From Chitinophagales bacterium (GTDB lineage: Bacteria > Bacteroidota > Bacteroidia > Chitinophagales > UBA2359), in NCBI GenBank assembly GCA_020630635.1, contig JAHDBB010000001.1, positions 1-56,964 on the forward strand: a DNA stretch of 56,964 nucleotides. The letters are read 5' to 3'. This document shows positions 7,583 to 16,445 of this stretch, piece after piece. The notes below the pieces were generated by a model, which did no database searches, had not been told where the DNA came from, and saw nothing but the letters and a program-made list of their open reading frames with translations. Position numbers and translations under genes: made by a program. The first letter of the stretch is position 1; every line of letters begins with the position of its first letter.

Positions 7583-8169
7583 CGTCTTACTGGACCAATA
7601 TCATAATGGATAAAGGTATTATACTTGCTCAATCCACCGTCTTTGATTTTTCCGCTTTTAATTAATCTGTTTATCGTAGCCCACAAATCATCTAGGCTCA
7701 ATCCCTTCGCTTTTATATCGGCCGCTTGTCCGCACATGTGGCGGCTTTGCTTGGCACCTCCTGCATTTTCATTGTGCATAGGGGTACGATAACCAGAATT
7801 AACGATTATAGGAACGCCTATTGTATCCCGTATAATCTGTAACTCATTCATTAGTTGCTGTATATTGCCACGAATAGAGGTAGGTGGTGCAGTTCCCTTA
7901 GAATTAAATTCTGATAGCTTGAAATTCTTTGTAAATGCATCTGGTGCGTAGTTCAATGGACAGAAATCAGGAACATTGTCACTTCCTATTGGTGTAGGAC
8001 TTGGAGTAGGGTTAGGAATCGGTGGTGTACTTGGATCAGGTGTATCTGTCTCATTATACTCATTTTCCTGGTTAATTACTTGACTATTTTTAAGCAATAC
8101 CAATACAGCCAAGAGAATCAAGGACAGGAAAAAGGTGGTCAATATAATAATAATGTCGGAGCTTTTCAT
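7576..8169 (-). CDS. Membrane-anchored peptidase M15-type zinc metallopeptidase (putative peptidoglycan hydrolase)
   Basis: N-terminal TM, Pro-rich linker TPDPSTPPIPNPTPSPTP, then SGYRTP, SRHMCGQAAD (SxHxxGxAxD motif) and FIHYD (third His ligand). Confidence 0.75.
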   Translation of the reverse strand: MKSSDIIIILTTFFLSLILLAVLVLLKNSQVINQENEYNETDTPDPSTPPIPNPTPSPTPIGSDNVPDFCPLNYAPDAFTKNFKLSEFNSKGTAPPTSIRGNIQQLMNELQIIRDTIGVPIIVNSGYRTPMHNENAGGAKQSRHMCGQAADIKAKGLSLDDLWATINRLIKSGKIKDGGLSKYNTFIHYDIGPVRRW

Positions 8170-8837
8170 ATCATCACATTTCGACTCTGAAATACATCAT
8201 AATATACGACTGTAGAATTATAGCCAATCCCTCCAGCAATCACTTCGCCACGTAACTGCATTTCTTTTACCACTTGGTATAATTCAAGTGGCGTAATAGT
8301 GTCACTATAGAAGGTACAAGCTCCACCACATGTATGATTCCTTTCGCCTCCCTCCAGCTCGTAATTTTCATAACTCAAATAGCCTGTTTCGATCCTTAAA
8401 GGCAAAGTGTAAACTGGCCCTGGAAAAGCTTGATTTACACCTGTTCTAATCTTCTGCATTTGAGCCATTAATAAATTGAGATTGCCACGCAATGCCTTTG
8501 GTGGCAGCTTGCCAGACATATCCTTAAATTCAGAAGACTTAAAATTTTTCTGATTCTGGAATGAGTTGGCATGACTAGGCGTACACCAAGTAGGTACCAG
8601 ATTGTCAATATTAGCTGGAGGAGCTGGTGGCGTTGCTGGTGGCGTTGGTGTTTGTCCAGGTGTATTATTGGGTGTAGGTAGATCAGGAGTTTCTGGAACG
8701 CCTGGCGTATTGCTGCCCAAAAGAAATTCTTTGAAGGTCTTACCACTAAATAACCAAGCCGTAGCAATGCCGATAAAGGCAAGAGCTAGGAATGATGTAA
8801 ATATAATTGCTACTGAACTACTATTGTTATTGGTCAT
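8166..8837 (-). CDS. Membrane-anchored M15-like paralog with a degenerate metal site
   Basis: Same architecture (TM, linker TPPATPPAPP) and collinear motifs, but NHTCGGACT has T in place of the Asp ligand and VVYYD has Y in place of His. Confidence 0.65.
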   Translation of the reverse strand: MTNNNSSSVAIIFTSFLALAFIGIATAWLFSGKTFKEFLLGSNTPGVPETPDLPTPNNTPGQTPTPPATPPAPPANIDNLVPTWCTPSHANSFQNQKNFKSSEFKDMSGKLPPKALRGNLNLLMAQMQKIRTGVNQAFPGPVYTLPLRIETGYLSYENYELEGGERNHTCGGACTFYSDTITPLELYQVVKEMQLRGEVIAGGIGYNSTVVYYDVFQSRNVMI

Positions 8838-8845
8838 GGCTTGTT

Positions 8846-9199
8846 TTATGGTGTGTAGTGATGCACGAACACAGCCCCATTTGTTGCATCTAGTTCGCTT
8901 ATCTTACTGGTTACATAATACCTAGAACTGTCATTCCTGTTGTCTTGCCATGAATGCGAAAAGCCTTTAAGTAACCCTATGAACTGACTGCTGTCCTTGC
9001 TTTTCCACATAACAACCCCAGACAAGACAGTAAAACTATATTGCTGTACTCCTACAGGAATATCATACTTACTACCTTCGATAATAGTATCTATGATTGC
9101 TCCAGCGTCTTTTTGCTGTGGCTCCTTTGCACAAATTTCGATACAAGGAACCGTCTGTCCTTGATCATTACAGGTAAATCCAGGAGGTAAGTTATTCAT
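8846..9199 (-). CDS. Hypothetical protein (117 aa)
   Basis: ORF in a tight operon, with an 8-nt overlap with the upstream gene. No motif recognised. Confidence 0.6.
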   Translation of the reverse strand: MNNLPPGFTCNDQGQTVPCIEICAKEPQQKDAGAIIDTIIEGSKYDIPVGVQQYSFTVLSGVVMWKSKDSSQFIGLLKGFSHSWQDNRNDSSRYYVTSKISELDATNGAVFVHHYTP

Positions 9200-10100
9200 C
9201 TTGCATCAACATTAATTGTATGATCTGGTTAGTGGCTTGGTTTAGGTTTTTTCCTGGCGTTTGTCCTACAGAAATTAAGAAGATATTTAGTTCCTCTAAT
9301 GGAAAATTTTTCAATTCTTTTTTAGGCAAATCCAACCAAAAAAATACCTCATTAATTTTACGCTTATCATCAATCATTAACTGGTTGTGATAAGCGTAAA
9401 ATTTTAGTATTTCTTCTGATTCATTTTGTCTCAAAAATGCTCTATTAGTTAAGTTTCTACTAGTAGATAATTTTGAGTTATTACTAGTGTTGGTACATTT
9501 TTGAGCGTCATTTGAATCAGCTCCGTTATTCCCAAAAGTTGCATAGGGAAATAATGGAGCCGTTACCGTATTGGTGCTAGTGTAGAATGTGGTATAGGTG
9601 CCTGTTCCTGCTGTTGTCTCGATCTGGAACTCAATCTGATTACTAGTATTAATAAGCAATCTTAGCCTTTGCCCACTAGTTAGATTTACGCCACTAGTGT
9701 AAGGAGCCGCCCACGTATTTTCGTAAGCTCTTACACCTGTATTAGCGTAAGAATAAACGGCAAAGTCTGCATTATTCCAGCTAGTGGAACCAGTAGGATT
9801 GTAAGCTAATCCCACTACTTGCCTAATCGCACTAACAGACCAACTAAAACTATCACCTGGATTAGCTAAGGCATTACTATTGTCGTAAGCTCCACTATTC
9901 CAATTGCCTGTATTATTGATCTTAGTAGCGTTGTTTCCACTAGTAGAAACGTTGGCATTGTTGGCAGTCCAAGCAATATTGATGCATTGCTCTTGCGGCT
10001 CCGTTGTTGGAATGCCGCAATAGAATGTTAATGATTGTGCCTGGAGATATTGGCAGCACAGAACACCTAATAATATTGATATGAGAAACTTAAATTTCAA
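9192..10100 (-). CDS. Secreted Asn/Thr/Ser-rich protein (302 aa)
   Basis: Signal peptide MKFKFLISILLGVLCCQYLQAQ. The N-terminal two thirds are beta-rich (WN/YxN repeats). Confidence 0.65.
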   Translation of the reverse strand: MKFKFLISILLGVLCCQYLQAQSLTFYCGIPTTEPQEQCINIAWTANNANVSTSGNNATKINNTGNWNSGAYDNSNALANPGDSFSWSVSAIRQVVGLAYNPTGSTSWNNADFAVYSYANTGVRAYENTWAAPYTSGVNLTSGQRLRLLINTSNQIEFQIETTAGTGTYTTFYTSTNTVTAPLFPYATFGNNGADSNDAQKCTNTSNNSKLSTSRNLTNRAFLRQNESEEILKFYAYHNQLMIDDKRKINEVFFWLDLPKKELKNFPLEELNIFLISVGQTPGKNLNQATNQIIQLMLMQDE

Positions 10101-10109
10101 TACAAAAAG

Positions 10110-10649
10110 TTAATAGGTTGTAAATGTGATCAATGCACAGCCTTGCAATGCAAACACCTCCGTTGTTTGTGGCGTGTCGTAAAAGTGCCTATATCCATTT
10201 CTAGGATCTGCATTTGCAATGGTTGCAGTTACAGGTAGTTGGTGCTGTGGGCTACTAGGACTTTTCACTGACACCATACCCTTTATTGTAGTAATAGAAT
10301 AAGACAAAACATTAGCAGGAATTGTAAAATTTGCACCTTCTATTAAGTAGCTATGAAAGCCGCTTTGTATGGTGTCGGCTGGTGCTTCGTATGATGGACA
10401 TGCGTACAGATTAACACCTTTGGGCAGTTCATCTGTAATATTTCCCGTACTAGTATCCTCATATAGTACTGTGCCTTCCCCTGTCTTAGGGTCGGTTTCG
10501 TAATGAATGATGTAGACCACCCCTAGACTGTCACACTTGCAAGCGATCACCTCAGAATCATCTAAGGAAAAGTTACTGCCACTTTGGGCATTTGCCATAC
10601 CAATTGACAAGGCAAAAAAGGAAAAGATAAGAAATAAATACTTTTTCAT
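10110..10649 (-). CDS. Secreted protein (179 aa)
   Basis: Signal peptide MKKYLFLIFSFFALSIGMANAQ. Beta-rich mature part. Confidence 0.65.
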   Translation of the reverse strand: MKKYLFLIFSFFALSIGMANAQSGSNFSLDDSEVIACKCDSLGVVYIIHYETDPKTGEGTVLYEDTSTGNITDELPKGVNLYACPSYEAPADTIQSGFHSYLIEGANFTIPANVLSYSITTIKGMVSVKSPSSPQHQLPVTATIANADPRNGYRHFYDTPQTTEVFALQGCALITFTTY

Positions 10650-10665
10650 ATTGTGTATAAATAGA

Positions 10666-11094
10666 TTATGGGATTAAAATTCTTTTATGATTGTGTGCAT
10701 CTGCACGGAAATCTATACCGTGCTTTTTCAATTCATCAACTACATCTTGACTTAAAAGCACATCAGTATAAATATCATAGTCACTAACTTGCTTTCTACT
10801 TTTGAATCTCTGCCTAACATACCTTATATATCTAGGGGTACGCACATCAACATAAGAACCTGTAACCCTTGAACCACAAGCCCACACTTTAGAATTTTCA
10901 TTAAACTGTTTAATAATAGCTTTAGCGAGCTGAAATCTTTCCTTTGTTTTTTTGGGGAACTTTGAAAAGGAATCAACTTTTCTAGTTTCCTTAATGACAT
11001 TCCACACATTCCTATAAGCTATCATTTCAGGAGACTCTTGCCATTTTTTTCTATCACTTAAATTGCGAATAAATAAAGCCCTAACGCCTAACAT
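10666..11094 (-). CDS. Basic 142-aa protein with a possible Pol-beta-type nucleotidyltransferase motif
   Basis: CGSRVTGS ... SDYDIY resembles the hG[GS]...DxD signature, but the spacer is unusually long (~25 aa). Weak call. Confidence 0.5.
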   Translation of the reverse strand: MLGVRALFIRNLSDRKKWQESPEMIAYRNVWNVIKETRKVDSFSKFPKKTKERFQLAKAIIKQFNENSKVWACGSRVTGSYVDVRTPRYIRYVRQRFKSRKQVSDYDIYTDVLLSQDVVDELKKHGIDFRADAHNHKRILIP

Positions 11095-13499
11095 ATGATT
11101 GAATTTATATTACTGACATGCCCGACGGTTACGGCACCTTCTTGACAGCCAGGAATGTAAACTGGTACACCCAAACGCACACGAATATTAACGCATTGAC
11201 CAGGCGCAAGCGAACCCTCCCAAATATTAGTATTAGGGTCATAATTACCAATACTAGCGGTGTAGGTAGTTCCAGTAGGTATATATTGTGCGCCGTTAAG
11301 GATTAATATTACATCGACTTGAAACTGTGTGATTATTTCTGTCGTATCATTGCATACTATACTTACCCACTCGTCTACAAAACAATCATCACCAGACATT
11401 GCATTATTAATACTCAAGCCACAATTACTGCCATTATTAGGGATACAGTATAATGTTTTGGTGTCTATTACTTGGCTGCTTCCATCTACTTCGGGAAAAT
11501 AACTAGTGCCAAAAGCCCCACCTTCAACCCAATTAACCGCACCACTATTCACATTTCTATTTTCATAGTATAATAGATCCTCCCATTTATAGGTTGGTAC
11601 AAGCTGATTTACTCCATCAATAATCCTGTTACTGGAAACCACTATAGAGAACTCCCAACAAGCAGGCAACCAAAACCGAAAGGTTTGTTTTTCTTCAGTA
11701 TTTCCTGTAGTAGATACAGGAACACCAGGAATAGCTGTTGCATAATCTAACATGTCAGTATTAGCAAGTATATGAGTCAGCACATCAGACATTGAAGAGA
11801 CATAAGGACTACCACCAATATTGATCAAGTTATGCACTAGGTACATAGGATTGGTTACTAACTCATTGCCATTTAGCACGAATGATGTAACAGCCATGTT
11901 ATTGACTGTTAATTCACTAATTCTAGTACTATTTATGTCGATATAATTTTCAACTAGCTTGAAATTGCCATCACATGGAGCCTCTTCCTTGCATTTGTCA
12001 AGCCCGAAATTCATTTCTACAGGATCACAACCATCGACCGTAACCGTAATTGTAGCATCACCATTACCTGAAACAGTAACTGTATTACTGTCTAATTCAC
12101 CACTAACAAGCGTTAGACCTTCGCCCAAAGTCCATTGATAAGAATCAACCGTAAGCGTACTATTACTAATCACAACTGAAATAGTACAGCTACCATCACC
12201 ATTATCAGTAACAGAAGAAATAATCATGTAATCACACTCATCCCAGCACAATTCCCCTTGCACCGTATCACAGCCACAATCAGCCTTGAAATAAGCGCAA
12301 CCGCCTAAGCCTGCGTCAATCGCATTAGACCACAGCCAATTATTGGGAGCAGTCGGTACTGGTTGGAGCGTTAAATCATTGTTTCCGTCTGCATTAACTC
12401 CAGTTGCCCAACCAATATTGTTTAGACACCATAACTTTTCAGGTATTGCCGCCAAGTCAACCATTAAGATATAAGAATCTGTTCCAGCTCCGTAAGGCTG
12501 CCTAATAATAGGCACCTCGAAAGTGCTAGGCTCACATGGCACACCGCAAGGTTCTACGGTATCATCACATGTTTCACATCTGTCTAACGGCACCTCGAAA
12601 AGAGGCACGTCTAGCGTAAGTGTGCTGCCATCAGCAATACAAGTAACATCAATAGTACAATCAAGCACACCACAACCATCAATTGTGACCTTAATCGTGT
12701 TGCTATCAATCAGTTCACTTGTAGTAACACCTATGGTTTCATCATCTTCACTTTCACAACTGAAATTCGCATCAACGAAATTGTGACTAGTACTATTAAG
12801 ATTCAAGAGCCAATGGCCTCTAGTTCCACCGTCATACAATCCACTACTAGAAACCACATAACCTAGATAACTATCATCACAATCTAAGATGGTATAGTTT
12901 GCCGTGTCCAAGTACACTTGATATATGACTGTTCTGCCATCACTAGAAACGAATTTCACACGGAATGTAGGAGCTAGTTCAATTAGACTGCCTACACTCT
13001 GATTAATAACTAGAGTATTACCAGTCCCAACAGTAGCCCATGCATCAGCAGGACTATTACTAACATACCAGGTACCACTACCAGCATAACCTGATCCACC
13101 ATCAAGCGGAACAAAAGAGAATTCATGAACGCAAAATTGCTCTAGTGCATTACTCGTGTTCCCTCCTATTGCTGATTGTCCCATAAATATACCTAATGGT
13201 GCTGCTGTTTCACTTCCTTGCTCACCAGGCACCCATTCCCAAGAAAGGGCATTTTCTCCAGGAACACATTCACTAAGTACACATTCACCATCGACCAACT
13301 CATAACCATCAGAACAACCTGTAGGGCCGCCAATAGGAACACAATCTTTGCCAACTTGCTCGAATCCAGGAGGACAGCAACTATCATCGGGAACACAATC
13401 TTTGCCAACTTGCTCGAATCCAGGAGGACATTCGCAAGCGTTAACTTGATCACCTGTCCCATTATCATTATCTATTGGATTGTTGTTGTCGTCGTTCAT
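11088..13499 (-). CDS. Large Cys-rich protein (803 aa), putative virion spike/adhesin
   Basis: About 37 Cys and no signal peptide. N-terminal duplicated CPPGFEQVGKDCVP, Ig-like segment (TISVVISNSTLTVDSYQWTLGEG...TITVTVDGC), DUF11-like C-terminus (GNYDPNTNIWEGSLAPGQCVNIRVRLGV). Confidence 0.75.
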   Translation of the reverse strand: MNDDNNNPIDNDNGTGDQVNACECPPGFEQVGKDCVPDDSCCPPGFEQVGKDCVPIGGPTGCSDGYELVDGECVLSECVPGENALSWEWVPGEQGSETAAPLGIFMGQSAIGGNTSNALEQFCVHEFSFVPLDGGSGYAGSGTWYVSNSPADAWATVGTGNTLVINQSVGSLIELAPTFRVKFVSSDGRTVIYQVYLDTANYTILDCDDSYLGYVVSSSGLYDGGTRGHWLLNLNSTSHNFVDANFSCESEDDETIGVTTSELIDSNTIKVTIDGCGVLDCTIDVTCIADGSTLTLDVPLFEVPLDRCETCDDTVEPCGVPCEPSTFEVPIIRQPYGAGTDSYILMVDLAAIPEKLWCLNNIGWATGVNADGNNDLTLQPVPTAPNNWLWSNAIDAGLGGCAYFKADCGCDTVQGELCWDECDYMIISSVTDNGDGSCTISVVISNSTLTVDSYQWTLGEGLTLVSGELDSNTVTVSGNGDATITVTVDGCDPVEMNFGLDKCKEEAPCDGNFKLVENYIDINSTRISELTVNNMAVTSFVLNGNELVTNPMYLVHNLINIGGSPYVSSMSDVLTHILANTDMLDYATAIPGVPVSTTGNTEEKQTFRFWLPACWEFSIVVSSNRIIDGVNQLVPTYKWEDLLYYENRNVNSGAVNWVEGGAFGTSYFPEVDGSSQVIDTKTLYCIPNNGSNCGLSINNAMSGDDCFVDEWVSIVCNDTTEIITQFQVDVILILNGAQYIPTGTTYTASIGNYDPNTNIWEGSLAPGQCVNIRVRLGVPVYIPGCQEGAVTVGHVSNINSIIC
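13336..13430. repeat. Perfect 41-nt direct repeat with 54-nt period inside the 803-aa gene
   Basis: GGAACACAATCTTTGCCAACTTGCTCGAATCCAGGAGGACA at 13336-13376 and 13390-13430. Encodes CPPGFEQVGKDCVP twice. Confidence 0.9.
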
Positions 13500-15901
13500 T
13501 TTTTCGATTGAGATTTGATTTGTGTTTCGGGTTCAGCTCCAGAGTTTGGAGTCAAGTCAACGTCATTGTTTTTTCCTTGATCTTTTCCATCTTCTGGACA
13601 ATTGGACTTACTTAACCAAGCAAGCGCAACAGAATCAAAAGGGACTGTATTACCTCCGACATTAGTAATGTAATCAGCAATAATTTCATCAATAGAAAAT
13701 CCGTCAATACCAACCACATCTAAGCCCTGTAACTCGAACCGTGAAAAAGCTCCAGCACTTGGCCAGAAATTGCCGAAGGTCGCATTAACAGCGGTAACAG
13801 CAGGTAATGACAACAATCCTAATACTGTATTAATGGCTGTCAATAATTCAGCCTCGAAGTTAGGATTTATCTGAAGATAACATTCTCCAGGCGCACCTGT
13901 AGGAGCTTGCGAGAACATATTAACGGGTGTTGCTATTCCGTATGTACTACCATCCACGACAATAGCCGTGACCTGACCTCCTGGAAACGATCCACTTTCA
14001 GAATAACAGCTATTTTGTGCCAAACCCAGCAGTCTAGGTACGGTTGGATCGACAAAAGAGAATGTACAATCTTCATTCCCTGTACCACCTGAACCACCAT
14101 CTGGACATTCAGGAAAGCAAGCCCCGTAATCCTCATTACAATAAAATCCAGGAGGACAACTCCCATCAGGGCCGCACGGTGGGTAGCAATACCCACCAAT
14201 ACAAATCCAACCCTCTGGACAACCCTCAGAGCAAGGAGGGAGGCAAATTCCATTCACACATAACCAACCAGGAGGGCATTCACTAGTATCTGAACAGATT
14301 GGAAGACAAATACCATCGACACAAATGAAACCTTCAGGACAGATACCATCTAGGCATTCTGGTAAGCAATACCCACCAACACAGACAAAACCAGGAGGAC
14401 ATTCACCATCCTCTGAACATGGAGGAAAGCAAATACCACCAATGCAAACCCAACCCTCTGGACAATCTGCATCATCGGTACAGATTGGAAGGCAGAGACC
14501 ATTGATGCAGGTATAGCCATCAGGACAATCTGCATCATCTGTGCATGTCTGGATACATTCACCAGCCACCAAAATAGAACCATCAGGACATTCTGGAACA
14601 ACATCACCTACTGTAATACAGATTTCTCCGTAGCAACACAATGGCTTCTCTGTGCATTGTGCGACATAGTAGAAACAGAACTCACCAACAAAATCACTAG
14701 GGAAATTGAATTCGATTAAGCCCGTATCATTGATACTAATATAAGCTTGGTATTCAACAGGAATTTGTTCTAATCTATAAACAGGCTTACAACAATCGGT
14801 ACCATTACAATCAAGTTGATGAGTAAACACACCAGAACAATCTTCTGGAGTATACATCAACAGATAATCTTCACAGCAATGATTCATTTCGATATTGATA
14901 ACGGAATAGCATTGCTTACCAGAATAGCATGTAGTAACGATTGTAAAGCTATCACCACCCCAAGCGCAGTCATCAGGATTATAATCCCAGCTACCATCCT
15001 CATTGATGGTAACTGTCCCTTGTGTTGGGTCTGCACCAACGGTATAGACTGGATCATGACAACAATCCCATGTACATGTTGGTGGTGGCTCTTCACTAAT
15101 TGGAGCGGCTTTGGCTCCAGGATCAGCTGTAATTGTATATGTCTGATCTCCACAGCAATTACCTACAGTTAGGCAAATATTGAAATAGCATTTAGATTTC
15201 CCACAATGGACATAGACAGGAAAACAGAGTTCACCTAAGAACTTATCTGGTGGTGTAATACTGTATGAACCATCACTATTGACAATAATACCATCAACAC
15301 TTTCATTACTTGGCTCATTATTGTCTAGTGCGCTATTACATGTGGCTGTTGTTCCTTCGCTGTGTGTTGGATCAGGAGAAAGTGAGTAAGTCACCATTCC
15401 ATTACAACAATCACCAAAAGGATTGCAATCTAATTGCCCTGTAATTGTCTCATTTCCTGCTACATCAATGTATAGGTCATCACATCCATCACATCTTCCA
15501 ACCTCCCAACATACAAATCTATAAGTATTGTAAGCAGCAATGTCACATTCAATAAGGATAATAGCACAATCTTGCCCGATAAACCCAGCATTAGGTGTAT
15601 AAACCAAATTACCTTCAACAACTTCTAATGTGCCATTACTCACATTGCTTAAAATATTGTACTGCACATTATTACAGCAATCATCTAAGCTACAATCACT
15701 AATAATATCACCTTCCCAACTGCCATCAATAGGAATAGCAAGCTCTAATGTATCACACAACTTAGTATAGCCATCTGGAATGATGGACTTATCATCTAAG
15801 GCACTTGCGCCAGACCCTGCACCAATTGCAGTATTGTTGCCACTTGGAGGATTACTAGTACCGTAACCATATGTATTACCTGAAGGGAAAAACCCAAACA
15901 T
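13496..15901 (-). CDS. Very Cys-rich protein (801 aa): adhesin-type modules plus EGF-like repeats; putative virion spike/receptor-binding protein
   Basis: About 71 Cys by my count and no signal peptide or TM. Four ~95-aa modules with DCC...Y.P..F.G..C motifs, then eight CPxGxxCxxGxCxPxC repeats. ATGA overlap with the next gene. Confidence 0.8.
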   Translation of the reverse strand: MFGFFPSGNTYGYGTSNPPSGNNTAIGAGSGASALDDKSIIPDGYTKLCDTLELAIPIDGSWEGDIISDCSLDDCCNNVQYNILSNVSNGTLEVVEGNLVYTPNAGFIGQDCAIILIECDIAAYNTYRFVCWEVGRCDGCDDLYIDVAGNETITGQLDCNPFGDCCNGMVTYSLSPDPTHSEGTTATCNSALDNNEPSNESVDGIIVNSDGSYSITPPDKFLGELCFPVYVHCGKSKCYFNICLTVGNCCGDQTYTITADPGAKAAPISEEPPPTCTWDCCHDPVYTVGADPTQGTVTINEDGSWDYNPDDCAWGGDSFTIVTTCYSGKQCYSVINIEMNHCCEDYLLMYTPEDCSGVFTHQLDCNGTDCCKPVYRLEQIPVEYQAYISINDTGLIEFNFPSDFVGEFCFYYVAQCTEKPLCCYGEICITVGDVVPECPDGSILVAGECIQTCTDDADCPDGYTCINGLCLPICTDDADCPEGWVCIGGICFPPCSEDGECPPGFVCVGGYCLPECLDGICPEGFICVDGICLPICSDTSECPPGWLCVNGICLPPCSEGCPEGWICIGGYCYPPCGPDGSCPPGFYCNEDYGACFPECPDGGSGGTGNEDCTFSFVDPTVPRLLGLAQNSCYSESGSFPGGQVTAIVVDGSTYGIATPVNMFSQAPTGAPGECYLQINPNFEAELLTAINTVLGLLSLPAVTAVNATFGNFWPSAGAFSRFELQGLDVVGIDGFSIDEIIADYITNVGGNTVPFDSVALAWLSKSNCPEDGKDQGKNNDVDLTPNSGAEPETQIKSQSKK
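14102..14590 (-). repeat. In-frame array of ~8 EGF-like Cys repeats (~57-63-nt period)
   Basis: aa 438-600: TDDADCPDGYTCINGLCLPIC / TDDADCPEGWVCIGGICFPPC / SEDGECPPGFVCVGGYCLPEC / ... The periodicity also generates spurious ORFs in other frames. Confidence 0.85.
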
Positions 15902-15904
15902 ATT

Positions 15905-16291
15905 TTATTTTTTTACAACCAAATAAATTAAAACAATGAATAGCAAAAGAAAAAAGACGGCACCAACCAGCACTAAAGGGCTTATGGCTCCGTCGTCATT
16001 GTTTCCATTGTTATTGTTTCCGTCATTGTTTCCATTGTCATTATTAGGATTGTCATTACCATTCAACACACCATCAATAACCTCGTCAATTTGACCAGGC
16101 AAGACAATAGGAACAGGTGCGCCACCAACTAGATCAGGATCAGGAAAGTCTGCTGGTAAAATCTCTGTTGCTGGATTGACGATAGCGCAATACTGAAGAC
16201 AATCCTCCCTAAATTTTCGCCAATTAGAAAAGAAAGGATACCTAGCCCTACACTTGCTCGCACAATTACGCCTAGTTTGTCTGTCGCTCAT
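15905..16291 (-). CDS. Tail-anchored membrane protein with an Asn/Asp low-complexity tract
   Basis: N-terminal Cys/Arg-rich segment, NDNPNNDNGNNDGNNNNGNNDD tract, C-terminal TM LVLVGAVFFLLLFIVLIYLVV. Confidence 0.65.
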   Translation of the reverse strand: MSDRQTRRNCASKCRARYPFFSNWRKFREDCLQYCAIVNPATEILPADFPDPDLVGGAPVPIVLPGQIDEVIDGVLNGNDNPNNDNGNNDGNNNNGNNDDGAISPLVLVGAVFFLLLFIVLIYLVVKK

Positions 16292-16313
16292 TTTACCAAC
16301 TTTATAGTTTCTC

Positions 16314-16445
16314 TTATAACCTTTGCAAATGCGCCTTTATATCTTGTTTGTAGACAAGATCAAGCATTTCACCCCTCCAAGCAGCATCTACACGACCGCC
16401 TTCTTTTGGAGTAGTGTCAAATAATTTCTTGGGAAATCTAATCAT
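16314..16445 (-). CDS. Small ORF (43 aa, MIRFPKKLFDTTPKEGGRVDAAWRGEMLDLVYKQDIKAHLQRL)
   Basis: Translated by hand; below the track cutoff. Its ATG overlaps the upstream TAA by 1 nt, and it fills an otherwise empty gap in a tightly packed operon. Confidence 0.4.
   Translation of the reverse strand: MIRFPKKLFDTTPKEGGRVDAAWRGEMLDLVYKQDIKAHLQRL

Noticed and set aside
13907-15172. Cluster of 60-118-aa ORFs in several frames within the 801-aa gene (13907-14092, 13933-14253, 14044-14286, 14325-14516, 14350-14607, 14816-15172, 14884-15153)
   Set aside because: These are by-products of the periodic Cys-repeat coding sequence, which lacks stop codons in several frames. Only the 801-aa frame preserves the regular Cys spacing and runs through the whole region.
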